IMG/VR virus record: IMGVR_UViG_3300031576_000034
Location: 4,367 to 68,366 of that record
Reading direction: 5' to 3' (one strand)
Length of the DNA stretch: 64,000 bases
From: a virus
The notes beneath the pieces were generated by a model. That model worked only from the letters and a program-made list of their open reading frames with translations, had not been told where the DNA came from and ran no database searches. The stretch's first letter is position 1; the number at the start of each line of letters is the position of its first letter. The position numbers and the translations under genes were made by a program. Shown here piece by piece: positions 9,123 through 19,937 of the stretch.

Positions 9123-10373
9123 GTGACCGACGTACGGGACTCACTCCCAAAGACCGGGCTGCTGCGAGCCTACGTGGACTGGGCGACGCGCGTCGTCCCT
9201 GTGCCGGGCTGGTACGTACTCTACACGATCCTGCCGTTCTTCGCGCACGAGCTGAGCCTGCGCGGGTACACGTGGCTCGATCAGCCGTTCCGGTTCTGGA
9301 GCGGCCTCGTAGGACCCACGGGGTCGGGCAAGAGCACCGCGGCGTTGCTTGCGCAGGACTTCGCGAAGGCGTGGTTCGAAGTGCGGGCGAGGGACATGGG
9401 GCCGTGCCCGGATCCGTTCATCTCGATCTCGAGCGCGTCGGTGGAGGCCACCGTTCACGCGATCGGCGAGAAGCATCAACAGCAAAACGATCTGTCGTGC
9501 GCGATCCTCGTCGCCGACGAGTTCACGAGCGTGATCCAGCGCAAGGGTTTCTTGGAGTTCCTCAACACGATCTACGACTGCCGCAACTACAGCCTGAACT
9601 ACATGAAGTACCGCAACACGGACGTGAAGACGCTGATCAAGAATCCGCGCGTATCGCTCTGTGTGCTCACGACGATCGACGCGCTCGGGATCAACGCCGA
9701 ACGCGACTTTGGCGGGGGCGGAATGCTCAACCGGCTCAACTGGGTGCGCGAGAACGCGATGCCGTACGACGACGAGGAGCGCGTTCGGGAGTACGCGAGC
9801 ATCGCGGGGATCTGGCAGGAGTGGGGAAGGCGGCTGCTCGTCAACGAATCGATGGGGTTCAAGCACGGTGGCGTGACGTACGCCTGGCCGAAAAACATCG
9901 AGTTCGATCTCGCCGCGAAACCGATCATCAAGGCGCTCGCGATGCGCAACGGCGAGCTGTCCATGACCGACAACCACGTCGGGACGCACTACCGCTCGGC
10001 GAACGTCGCGAAGATGATCGCGTGCATGCTCGCACTTGCGGACGGAAGGGCGTGGGCGAACGTCGAGGACGTACGGCTCGCCTGCGCGCTCTGCACGCGA
10101 GCCGTCGGGGCGGCGATCAAGACCGAGCGTGAGATCGACAAGCGCAACCCGGACTACACGATGCAGGAGAAGGTGAAGGAGGCGATCGTCGAGTCTGGCG
10201 AGAAAGGCATGACGATGCGCGATCTGTCGAGGGAGCTGCACCTGACGGCCGATCAGCTCCGCCGACACATCGACGGCCTACGGAGCATGGGAACGATCCA
10301 GGTCGAGATGGTTGGGCAGTCGCAGCTCATCCGGGACGTGAAGTACCCGATGGTCGCGATACGGTTGAACTGA
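9123..10373 (+). CDS. DUF3987/YfjI-like P-loop ATPase (putative replication helicase) with C-terminal wHTH
   Basis: Walker A GPTGSGKST, Walker B ILVADEF, GMLNR; MTMRDLSRELHL helix-turn-helix. Confidence 0.75.
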   Translation: MTDVRDSLPKTGLLRAYVDWATRVVPVPGWYVLYTILPFFAHELSLRGYTWLDQPFRFWSGLVGPTGSGKSTAALLAQDFAKAWFEVRARDMGPCPDPFISISSASVEATVHAIGEKHQQQNDLSCAILVADEFTSVIQRKGFLEFLNTIYDCRNYSLNYMKYRNTDVKTLIKNPRVSLCVLTTIDALGINAERDFGGGGMLNRLNWVRENAMPYDDEERVREYASIAGIWQEWGRRLLVNESMGFKHGGVTYAWPKNIEFDLAAKPIIKALAMRNGELSMTDNHVGTHYRSANVAKMIACMLALADGRAWANVEDVRLACALCTRAVGAAIKTEREIDKRNPDYTMQEKVKEAIVESGEKGMTMRDLSRELHLTADQLRRHIDGLRSMGTIQVEMVGQSQLIRDVKYPMVAIRLN

Positions 10374-10375
10374 CA

Positions 10376-10603
10376 ATGGTGACACTTCGATGTGGCATCC
10401 ACCTCGGTCCCCGCCCGGCACCGTGCTCCGTCTGCGCCCAAGTCCAAGCCGAGGCCCGCGACGAGGCGCTCGAGCGACAGAGGCGGGAGTGGGGGGCGCA
10501 CGCTGCGGGGCTTCGACGCCAGGAGCGGATCCGAACGGGGAGGAAGAACGAGCAAAAGGTGACGGAGGCGCAGAAACTCTGGAAGCCGAGGCGGGCGCGA
10601 TGA
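10376..10603 (+). CDS. small Cys/His-containing hypothetical protein
   Basis: CGIH..CSVC; bridges two genes with a 4-nt overlap. Confidence 0.65.
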   Translation: MVTLRCGIHLGPRPAPCSVCAQVQAEARDEALERQRREWGAHAAGLRRQERIRTGRKNEQKVTEAQKLWKPRRAR

Positions 10604-11214
10604 CCCTCCGAGCGCTCGATCTGTTCTGCGGCGGGGGCGGCGCATCCGCAGGGCTCGTCCGAGCGGGCTTCGACGTGACCGGTGTCGATCTGCACCCGCA
10701 ACCGCAGTACCCGTACCGCTTCGTGCGCGCCGACTGGCGCGAAGTGAACCTGCGCGGCTACGACTTCGTGTGGGCCTCGCCGCCGTGCCAAGCGCACACG
10801 CAGTTGCGCGGCCTCGGCAAGGCGAAACCGGATGACGTGGACCACATCCCTGCCGTGAGGGCGGCGTTGCGAGCTTGCGGTGCACCGTGGTGCATCGAGA
10901 ACGTCCTCGGCGCTCCGTTGCTCTCGCCGGTCACGCTGTGCGGGTCGATGTTCGGGCTCGATGTCCGCCGGCACCGCCTGTTCGAGGCGTCGTTTCCGAT
11001 CCGGCCGCTCGCCTGCAAGTGCCGGGGACGTAGGAACATCGCCGTGTACAGCAAGCGGCCAAGAGATCGGCTCCCGGACGGAGTGATCCGGGCTCGAGAC
11101 GTGGAACACGGACGACAGGCGATGGGGATCGATTGGCTCGACTGGCGGGGTCTGACGCAGGCGATCCCGCCCGCGTATTCGGAGTACGTCGCGCGCGAGT
11201 TGCTCCGGCGCTAG
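10600..11214 (+). CDS. C5-cytosine DNA methyltransferase (short phage type)
   Basis: LDLFCGGGG (motif I), WASPPCQ (IV), IENV (VI), RRHRLFE, QAIPPAY. Confidence 0.9.
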   Translation: MTLRALDLFCGGGGASAGLVRAGFDVTGVDLHPQPQYPYRFVRADWREVNLRGYDFVWASPPCQAHTQLRGLGKAKPDDVDHIPAVRAALRACGAPWCIENVLGAPLLSPVTLCGSMFGLDVRRHRLFEASFPIRPLACKCRGRRNIAVYSKRPRDRLPDGVIRARDVEHGRQAMGIDWLDWRGLTQAIPPAYSEYVARELLRR

Positions 11215-12035
11215 GAGTCGTCCCCCTCCGGGATCTCCTCCGGCCCGTCCATCGTGACAACCACGGGCGGCCCCGGCACGAATGACCCAGGTGGCGAGGG
11301 GTCGATGCAGACGGGGAGGCCGGGCGTCGGGGGGCGGTCGCGAGTGTCGTCGAAGATCTCGGCGTGCAGCTTCCCAATCTCGGCCTCCTCCTCGGGCGTG
11401 CGCTTCCACACCCACAAGCCGCGCTCGATCGTCTCGGCGCGTTGGAGCTTCTTCAACTCCTGAAGCACGGATGCTGCGCGCGCGTAGAACTTGGAACGCG
11501 GCGGCGGCACTTGATCGAGATTGTAGAGAAACTTGGCGATCATGCTGACGCTCAAGCCACGCTGATTCCGTTGGAGAAGTCGATACGCGCGGTACTTGCG
11601 CGTGCTGCTCTCCTGAAGTTTTGCTCGCTGGCGCGCGGCGCGGCGATCTCGAGCCTCCACACGTCGATCGTGCTGCTTGAGGAGCGGGTACGCAGTGAAG
11701 AGCATCGTCGTGTGGAAAACCACCGCCAATGGATCGTCCTGCGATAGCTGAACGCGCAAACCAAGCAAGTCGTGCACGAGGTGCCGTGTCGTGTCGTACC
11801 GCTGCGACGGCAGTTCGTGCCAGCGAGGCATGGACACACCGAACTTCGCCGCGTACTCGGAGACGGCGTCGAGGGCCGCGACCGTAGCGCCCTCGACCAC
11901 CTCAGCGAACGGGATGTCGATCTCGTGGTGCGCCCGGAGTTTGAGGGACCCCTCGCAACGGTAGGCGAGATCGAGTTGCTCGGGCGTGAACTCGGGCATC
12001 GGGATGCCGGCCGCTGGCGTAGGGGTATCGGTCAT
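11211..12035 (-). CDS. hypothetical protein with possible wHTH next to the putative origin
   Basis: GLSVSMIAKFLY..ASVLQELKKLQRAETIERGLW wHTH-like; Pro/acidic tail. Confidence 0.7.
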   Translation of the reverse strand: MTDTPTPAAGIPMPEFTPEQLDLAYRCEGSLKLRAHHEIDIPFAEVVEGATVAALDAVSEYAAKFGVSMPRWHELPSQRYDTTRHLVHDLLGLRVQLSQDDPLAVVFHTTMLFTAYPLLKQHDRRVEARDRRAARQRAKLQESSTRKYRAYRLLQRNQRGLSVSMIAKFLYNLDQVPPPRSKFYARAASVLQELKKLQRAETIERGLWVWKRTPEEEAEIGKLHAEIFDDTRDRPPTPGLPVCIDPSPPGSFVPGPPVVVTMDGPEEIPEGDDS

Positions 12036-12137
12036 AAAAGCTACGATAACCTGGGCAGCCGACAAAAGCAAAGCTCAACTAGGGCCGAAAAGCTTAGATC
12101 AGTCGATATAAGCTTATAAAGCCGTCCCAACTGCGGA

Positions 12138-12435
12138 GGTGTCGCAAGGTGTCGCAATGTACCTGTGTGACACCCACAGACCGCTAACTGCTCGGGTATG
12201 TTACACAATACACACCGTTTTCGTGGTGTCACAGGATAAAGGGGGGTACCCCGTGTTGGCCGAAAAACGTACCCATAGCCCGAGACCCCCCACGTAAATG
12301 GCACACACCCTCACCCCCCCTTTTTTGAGTGACACCCCCCTTCTTCCTTATAAAGAAGCTATTTTTTTCTATAAATACAGAGGGATGGCGGGGTGGGGGG
12401 TGTCACACAGGTCCATTGCGACACCTTGTGACACC
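12138..12435. other. putative replication origin: 38-bp inverted repeat around an AT-rich core with GTGTC(A/G)C iterons
   Basis: 12138-12175 vs reverse complement of 12398-12435 match at 36/38; A/T tract near 12348-12376. Confidence 0.6.
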
Positions 12436-12496
12436 CCCCACCGTCTTTTTAGGCCGTTGACGACCGCCCGGACGCCATGCCACGGTCAGCCTCCGG

Positions 12497-12865
12497 ATGC
12501 CCAACGCAGGCCCATACCGCTGCCCCCCGCCGTCCGCTCCGAGCCCGTCGGCATGGCGACGGAGGATCCGCCGAGTCCTCGGCGGGGCCTTGTGCGCGGT
12601 CCTCGGCCACCGATGGAACGTCAGCCGGACGTTCTTCGTCGGAGCTGCGGCCTGGCGACGACTTGCACCGTTTTCGGAAACGAATGGATGCGATGCGGAT
12701 TGTCGATGGTGCGGGCTTGAGATACGCAATTTCGATGATGCGTCGGCACCGCGAATCGAAACCAACAACGCGCGCGCACTCAACAACGCACTTGACGATA
12801 CGCTCGACGATGTGACGGCAATCGCTTCCCGCGTCGCAGCTCGTCAAGCCCGACGGAAGCGCTGA
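12497..12865 (+). CDS. hypothetical protein
   Basis: LCAVLGHRW..CRWCG motif typical of small phage proteins. Confidence 0.55.
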   Translation: MPNAGPYRCPPPSAPSPSAWRRRIRRVLGGALCAVLGHRWNVSRTFFVGAAAWRRLAPFSETNGCDADCRWCGLEIRNFDDASAPRIETNNARALNNALDDTLDDVTAIASRVAARQARRKR

Positions 12866-12910
12866 CGACCTCACCGATGTCGCGGTGGTCGGGCTCGAGA
12901 TCGCGGCGCG

Positions 12911-12990
12911 CCGAAGCCGACTCCTCCGAAGCCGACTCCTCCGAAGCCGACTCCTCCGAAGCCGACTCCTCCGAAGCCGACTCCTCCGAA
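12911..12990. repeat. tandem array of 5 exact 15-bp units CCGAAGCCGACTCCT plus a partial unit
   Basis: seen directly; no spacers. Confidence 0.95.
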
Positions 12991-13026
12991 GGGGGCCCAG
13001 AGCACGCCGGAATCGACCACCCAAGG
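12987..13026 (+). repeat. dispersed ~41-bp element, copy 1
   Basis: CGAAGGGGGCCCAGAGCACGCCGGAATCGACCACCCAAGG. Confidence 0.9.
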
Positions 13027-13050
13027 CAGCCAGTGCTCAAGCCTTGAATA

Positions 13051-13130
13051 CTTCCGCACGCAACCGCACGCAACCGCACGCAACCGCACGCTTCCGCACG
13101 CTTCCGCACACTATCGCACACTTCCGCACA
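13051..13130. repeat. eight 10-bp units with CGCAC(G/A) core
   Basis: cttccgcacg, caaccgcacg x3, cttccgcacg, cttccgcaca, ctatcgcaca, cttccgcaca. Confidence 0.9.
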
Positions 13131-13586
13131 CCGCCCTACATTGCGAACCTTTTCGGGTAGTTGTAGGCGTAAGTGGTGCGTCCGGTCCCGTCCTCGACTG
13201 TTGGTAGTGATCCCACGCTGCTCGAGCGTCGCTACCTACCAGCCCACCCCGACCCCTCCCGGCTCGGGCTCGGCGCGTTCCTAGACGCCCGCCTGACAGC
13301 TCGCGGCGCACAGCGGCGGGAAAGCTCGCTTGCCTCCCGCTCGGGCCTGAGGGCTGGCGCGAGGGGGCTGCGACGCGGCGCGCGCGGCCTACGGGCGTGC
13401 GGGCGCCTTCGGGAGGGGGCCGGTGGGGGCGGGGCCGGCGCACGCTGCCATAGTCTGTGACTATCGAAACAGGCATAGCCAAGCACTATTGCTAACTGGA
13501 AAATGATAGACTCCGGCTACGACGGGGGCCGAAAACCCCTTGACGCGAACCCACAGTTACCTACCTTCGCCCACACTCGGAGCCCC

Positions 13587-13961
13587 GTGACCGCCATCGT
13601 CCGCAGCCGATTCGCCCGCATCCTCGCCTGGTTGGCGCGGATCGTCTTCTTCTGGCGCGAGGAGCCGCGATGCGGCAACTGTCGGTACTTCGATCGCGCG
13701 GCCTTCGTCGCAACGGTCTCACCGATTTTCGCGCAGGCGATGGCGGTCATCTCGCCCGATCAGCTTTTGAACCAGAAGCGCGGCAGGCGTGATCCCGAGA
13801 CGATGGCCGTGCTCGACGACACGCCCGACGATGTGTCCCTTGCGCTCAAGGGGCGCATGCACACCTGGGATCGCTACGGCGCGTGCGGGATGAAGAACGC
13901 GGGCGTCTTCGAGGGTTTCCTCTGCGAGCAGTACCGCAGGGGGCGGAACAGCACGGAATGA
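13587..13961 (+). CDS. Cys-motif hypothetical protein
   Basis: CGNCRYF..GAC..FLCEQY; GGAG RBS; TTGACG upstream near 13540. Confidence 0.7.
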   Translation: MTAIVRSRFARILAWLARIVFFWREEPRCGNCRYFDRAAFVATVSPIFAQAMAVISPDQLLNQKRGRRDPETMAVLDDTPDDVSLALKGRMHTWDRYGACGMKNAGVFEGFLCEQYRRGRNSTE

Positions 13962-14362
13962 CCGACGAGAAGAAATACGACGCCGAGTATTTCGATCGGC
14001 GTATGAACGATCCGGACGAGATTGCGAAGATCCCCGATCTCACGGCTCCGAACGTCGGGACGATCCCACTCGTGAGGAAGGCGTCGGCGAACGAACTCAA
14101 GATCTTCGCCGATCAAGGGCAGCGCCTCTGTCTGACGTGCAGCAACTTCAAGCACCGCGAGGGCCAGGAGTCGATGCGCAGGCAGAAGTTCGTCGCGCGG
14201 CTCGTCCACGAGTTGTGGGGCAAGCGCGCGACCGAGTACCTCACCGACGCCCCGCAGAACATGGGGCTCTGCGCTGCGCGGAGCACGCCGCGCGATGAGG
14301 TGCTCGTCGGGCCGAGCACGCCGGCCTGCCCTTCGTACAAGAAGAACCCCTTTCAGCGATGA
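13958..14362 (+). CDS. Cys-motif hypothetical protein, same Cys pattern as the upstream gene
   Basis: CLTCSNF..GLC..ACPSY; ATGA overlap. Confidence 0.75.
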   Translation: MTDEKKYDAEYFDRRMNDPDEIAKIPDLTAPNVGTIPLVRKASANELKIFADQGQRLCLTCSNFKHREGQESMRRQKFVARLVHELWGKRATEYLTDAPQNMGLCAARSTPRDEVLVGPSTPACPSYKKNPFQR

Positions 14363-14703
14363 CGATGATGACTCACCTCCTCTGGGCCGCCTCCCTCGTC
14401 GTCGTCGTTTACGGCGTGACGACCTCGCCGCTCCTCTCCGTCCCCCGCATGTATCTTTCGCTCGTTCATCCGCTCTTCGAGGGCTTCGTCTACTGCGCGG
14501 TGTGCGTCGGCTTCTGGGCGGCCATCGTCCTCGAACTCATGCTTCGACCGTTCGACAGTTTTCTGGAAGCAGCCGTCTTCGGAGCGGCAGGCACCCACAT
14601 TCTGACGGCAGCACTCCCGCGGTTTTTGCCGAGCGCTCACGAGATAGAAGGCCCGATCATCGACGAACTTCGAGAAGTTCGCAGAAAGCTCAAGGAGAAC
14701 TAG
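14359..14703 (+). CDS. membrane protein with CxxCxGFW motif (DUF1360-like)
   Basis: three hydrophobic segments; CAVCVGFW. Confidence 0.7.
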   Translation: MTMMTHLLWAASLVVVVYGVTTSPLLSVPRMYLSLVHPLFEGFVYCAVCVGFWAAIVLELMLRPFDSFLEAAVFGAAGTHILTAALPRFLPSAHEIEGPIIDELREVRRKLKEN

Positions 14704-15342
14704 ATGGACCCCACACAGAACCAGCTTCAGCAGATCCTCGGAGTGCTCAAGTCAATCGGGCTCGACGAGGCCGCGATGGGACGCCTCGGCGACAAGCTCG
14801 TCAACGTGTCCAAGGCAGTGGGGGATTTCTTCGTCCAGCGGCTCGAGACCGACGCGAACTACGCCGCCGGCATCGGCGAGCTGGCGAGGACCGCCAAGTT
14901 CCGTGCCGAGCACAGCCAGCATCTCGAAAAGGAGCTTCACCGGTTCGAGGATCGCGTCTGCGACGCAGAGGAGCGGATCCTCGGTGCTGCGAGCCTGCTC
15001 GGCACCATGATCGCGCTCGCGCAGGATCCCGCGTTCGGGCTCACCGACGAGCAGCGCACGCAGGCCGTTGCGGGTCTTCGCGGCGTGCTCTCGGCGCTCG
15101 ACTACGAGACGACGCGTGCAGCGCCCGAGGTCGTCAACCCGCCGGAGGGCGCGGAGACGCACCGCGGCACTGCGGAGTGCATCAACGGCCACGAGTGGCC
15201 CTGCGCCTGGTACGTCGCGAGGGTGGCCTTTGGGCCCGTTTCTACGAGCAGGCGGATCGTGTTCCCGGAGCGGTGCGACAAGTGCGGTGAGCGCTGGAAC
15301 GAGATCGACACCGAGGAGCCGCTCACGGGCGAGCCGTCCTGA
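14704..15342 (+). CDS. coiled-coil protein with C-terminal Zn-ribbon
   Basis: GGAG RBS; CINGHEW..CDKCG. Confidence 0.75.
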   Translation: MDPTQNQLQQILGVLKSIGLDEAAMGRLGDKLVNVSKAVGDFFVQRLETDANYAAGIGELARTAKFRAEHSQHLEKELHRFEDRVCDAEERILGAASLLGTMIALAQDPAFGLTDEQRTQAVAGLRGVLSALDYETTRAAPEVVNPPEGAETHRGTAECINGHEWPCAWYVARVAFGPVSTSRRIVFPERCDKCGERWNEIDTEEPLTGEPS

Positions 15343-15356
15343 GCACGGAGAACGAG

Positions 15357-17219
<1,863 letters not shown>

Positions 17220-17228
17220 GAGGCATCG

Positions 17229-17495
17229 ATGGCCGATGTGGAAATCGAGTACGGATCGGCCGATGTGGAAATCGAGTACGGATCGATCCCCGACGATCAC
17301 ATCTCCGTGTGGTTCCAAATCCCGCCGGCCGTGGCGACGCTCGTTCGCGATCTGTTGCCGCACGTCGATTTCGATCGCGTGCAGATCGTCGTCGTCGTTC
17401 CTGCGGCGCTGCTCCCGCATTGGCGTCGCGCCATCCCGTACGATGCAATCTGGGCGGAGAGCGATCCGTTCACGGTGATGGTAGAACTCGGTTGA
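17229..17495 (+). CDS. hypothetical protein with duplicated N-terminal ADVEIEYGS
   Basis: GGAGG RBS; 27-bp tandem duplication at 17231-17284. Confidence 0.65.
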   Translation: MADVEIEYGSADVEIEYGSIPDDHISVWFQIPPAVATLVRDLLPHVDFDRVQIVVVVPAALLPHWRRAIPYDAIWAESDPFTVMVELG

Positions 17496-17535
17496 CATCG
17501 CGGCGCGGCCTGCCGTACACGTCGTCTCGGGTGCA
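17492..17535 (+). promoter_or_regulatory. sigma70-type promoter for the replication genes
   Basis: TTGACA-18 nt-TACACG followed by TCGTCTCGGGTGCA. Confidence 0.5.
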
Positions 17536-19161
17536 ATGAGCTGGTCCCGGTACGAGATCCCGGACGATCCGGAGTGGCGTTCGCTCGCTCGCGAGGCGGC
17601 TGAGGTCCCCGGGATCCGTGCGGACTACGCTGCGAGCCCGCCGCGAATCGAGTTGCCGAGCAACGCGGCGACGTTCTGGCCGCCAGCGAAGAGCGCGCCG
17701 CGTTTCTCCGCGACGATGGATCCGCCGGCCACGTCGCTTCTTCGCGGGTACCAGAAGCGCGCCGTCGACTTCATCCTCAACGCGCAGCGCGTTGTGCTTG
17801 CGGACTCCCCCGGCGTTGGCAAGAGTAGGGTCGCTGCGTTGGCCGCTTTGAACTTCCACGCGAAGCTCGGTCGCGGACCGATCCTCATCATCGGCCCCCA
17901 GCACCTCCGTCGTTCCTGGTACGAGGAGTTACGGCGTGTCGGTCTTCTTTCAGAGGAGAACGATCCGAGGTGGTGTGTGCTTCGCACCGTCAACAAATCT
18001 TCCGCGCTCGCTGAGGATCTGTGGCGGCCGGACGCGCAGTTCTACTTCTGCCATTACGAGATCCTGCACGCGTGGTGGGACCGGCTCTACCCGCTGCGGT
18101 TCGCGGCATCGATTCTCGACGAAGCGCACCTCGTCAAGAACTGGCGAACGCGCCGTGCGCAGGCCGTCGCTCTCGCTTGCGGCGCAACGCCGATGCGGAT
18201 CGTTCTGACTGGAACGCCACTCCTCAACCGGCCGTCGGAGCTGCATTCCCTCCTCTCGCTCGCGACGGGCAAGTTTACGTGGGGCACGCCGTCCGAGTTT
18301 CTCGTCCGCTACTGCGGCGGCAAGAAGAACAAGTACAACGGGGTCGAGAACGCAGCGGGCCTCGATACGCACCCGGAGGAGTTGCGAGCGCGTCTCGACA
18401 CGTGCTTCATCCGCCGGACGATCGAGGACGTAGGACTGGATCTCCCTCCGCTCACGAGGGAATCGATCCTCGTCGAGCCGGAAGCGGAGGAGCTGAAGAA
18501 GTACGCGTCGCTCTTTGACGGCTACGATCCCAAGGCGATCCTCGACGCGCTCCTCGATCGGCGCGGCAGCACGCAGACGTTCGCGATGCTCGATCGCGCG
18601 CGCAAGCTCGCCTCCGGGATGAAGCTGCGGGCGACGCTTCGGGAGTGTGAGTCCGCTCTCGCGGCCGGCGAGCAGGGCGTCGTCTTCACCTGGCTCAAGG
18701 TCGTCGCGAAGCACATCGGCGGCGTGTACGGGCAGTGCATCACGGGGGAGATGACGCAGGATCAGCGGGACGTGACGCTTACGGAGTTTCTCCGTCGCGC
18801 GGCGGACCGGGAGCCGGCCTTGCTGGCGGCGACGTACGGCTCGTTGTCCGTGGGCGTCAACCTCCAAGTTGCGCGCATCGTCATCCTGCACGACCTCGAC
18901 TGGACCCCCGCGACGCTTCTCCAGGCCGAGGCACGCGTCTACCGCTCCGGCCAAACGCGGCCGGTCCTCTCCAAGTGGATCCTCGCAAAAGGGACGCTCG
19001 ACGAGTACCTCGCGCAGATCCTCCTTGCGAAAGCCGACGTGATCGCGAAGACGCTCGGTGACCGCGAACCGCAGAAGCTCTCGGAAGTTCTCGGATCCGT
19101 CCGTCCCGAAACTGCATTCGATCGATTCTTCGATGAGTTGAAGCGATGGAGGCAGAACTAA
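17536..19161 (+). CDS. SNF2-family (SF2) helicase/ATPase
   Basis: LRGYQ, DSPGVGKS, DEAH, LTGTP, VGVNLQ, QAEARVYRSGQ. Confidence 0.92.
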   Translation: MSWSRYEIPDDPEWRSLAREAAEVPGIRADYAASPPRIELPSNAATFWPPAKSAPRFSATMDPPATSLLRGYQKRAVDFILNAQRVVLADSPGVGKSRVAALAALNFHAKLGRGPILIIGPQHLRRSWYEELRRVGLLSEENDPRWCVLRTVNKSSALAEDLWRPDAQFYFCHYEILHAWWDRLYPLRFAASILDEAHLVKNWRTRRAQAVALACGATPMRIVLTGTPLLNRPSELHSLLSLATGKFTWGTPSEFLVRYCGGKKNKYNGVENAAGLDTHPEELRARLDTCFIRRTIEDVGLDLPPLTRESILVEPEAEELKKYASLFDGYDPKAILDALLDRRGSTQTFAMLDRARKLASGMKLRATLRECESALAAGEQGVVFTWLKVVAKHIGGVYGQCITGEMTQDQRDVTLTEFLRRAADREPALLAATYGSLSVGVNLQVARIVILHDLDWTPATLLQAEARVYRSGQTRPVLSKWILAKGTLDEYLAQILLAKADVIAKTLGDREPQKLSEVLGSVRPETAFDRFFDELKRWRQN

Positions 19162-19937
19162 TGGGTGGTCGTCGTCGAGCCGAGAAGGCATCCAAGAACG
19201 TCGCTCGCACCGACTGGGGCACGCCGCTTCCGGTGCTCGAGTGCGTGCGCGAGTGCGGGCCGATCGGTCTCGATCCTTGCACCAACGAGAGCAGCGTCGT
19301 GTACGCGAAGGCGGCGTACTTCAAGTCGCCGGACGTTGACACGGATCGTTTGGATACGGAGCACGCGCGGAAACGCGCGCTAGGCCGTGCGCAGTGGAAG
19401 AGTGCGGAGGACGTTCTCGCCGTACGTGGCGCGCTTGTGCAACGCGCCCAGACCGAATCGCTGCAGGTTGTCGAGCAAGTGATCCCCGGAGACGGTCTGC
19501 TCGACCCGTGGCACACTGACCGCGGCTCTACTTACGTCAACCACCCCTTCTCTGCCGAGATGGTCGAGTGCTGGGACGGCAAGAAGCGTCGAACCAACGA
19601 AGCGTGGGCGCGCCGGGCAGCGCAGCAAGCCCCGTCGTGTCCGAACGACATCTTCGTCCTCACCCCCGCGAACCCCTGCTCGCTCTGGTGGAAGTGGTAC
19701 TGGGACTACGCGTCGCTCATCTGCTTCTGGGACGGGCGATTGCAGTTTCTCGGGGCGGAGTTCACGGCGGACTTCGAGGTGGCGCTCGTCTGGTTCCAGG
19801 GTGATGATCCACTTGCGGAGGCGGGCTGGCGGCTCGTTCACGCGTCACATGTGGGAGCGGCTCTCGCGAAGCGCGGGAGGGTTGTGAATGCACGTACGGC
19901 CGGGTACGCGGGATCGCGTCGGAAAGAGACGCCGTGA
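19161..19937 (+). CDS. phage DNA N6-adenine methyltransferase-like protein
   Basis: DWGTP, GLDPC, YVNHPFS (NPPY-like), GRLQF. Confidence 0.75.
   Translation: MGGRRRAEKASKNVARTDWGTPLPVLECVRECGPIGLDPCTNESSVVYAKAAYFKSPDVDTDRLDTEHARKRALGRAQWKSAEDVLAVRGALVQRAQTESLQVVEQVIPGDGLLDPWHTDRGSTYVNHPFSAEMVECWDGKKRRTNEAWARRAAQQAPSCPNDIFVLTPANPCSLWWKWYWDYASLICFWDGRLQFLGAEFTADFEVALVWFQGDDPLAEAGWRLVHASHVGAALAKRGRVVNARTAGYAGSRRKETP

Noticed and set aside
6050-10373. Diversity-generating retroelement TR/VR pair
   Set aside because: The paralogous segments differ at all base types rather than only adenines, and no reverse transcriptase is encoded.
12911-13130. CRISPR array
   Set aside because: The units are 15 and 10 bp and directly abut, with no unique spacers and no cas operon.
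12449-13160. ORFs encoding SEESA, GGVGF or RSRLL repeats
   Set aside because: They are translations of the 15-bp array in several frames, with no RBS or coding signal.
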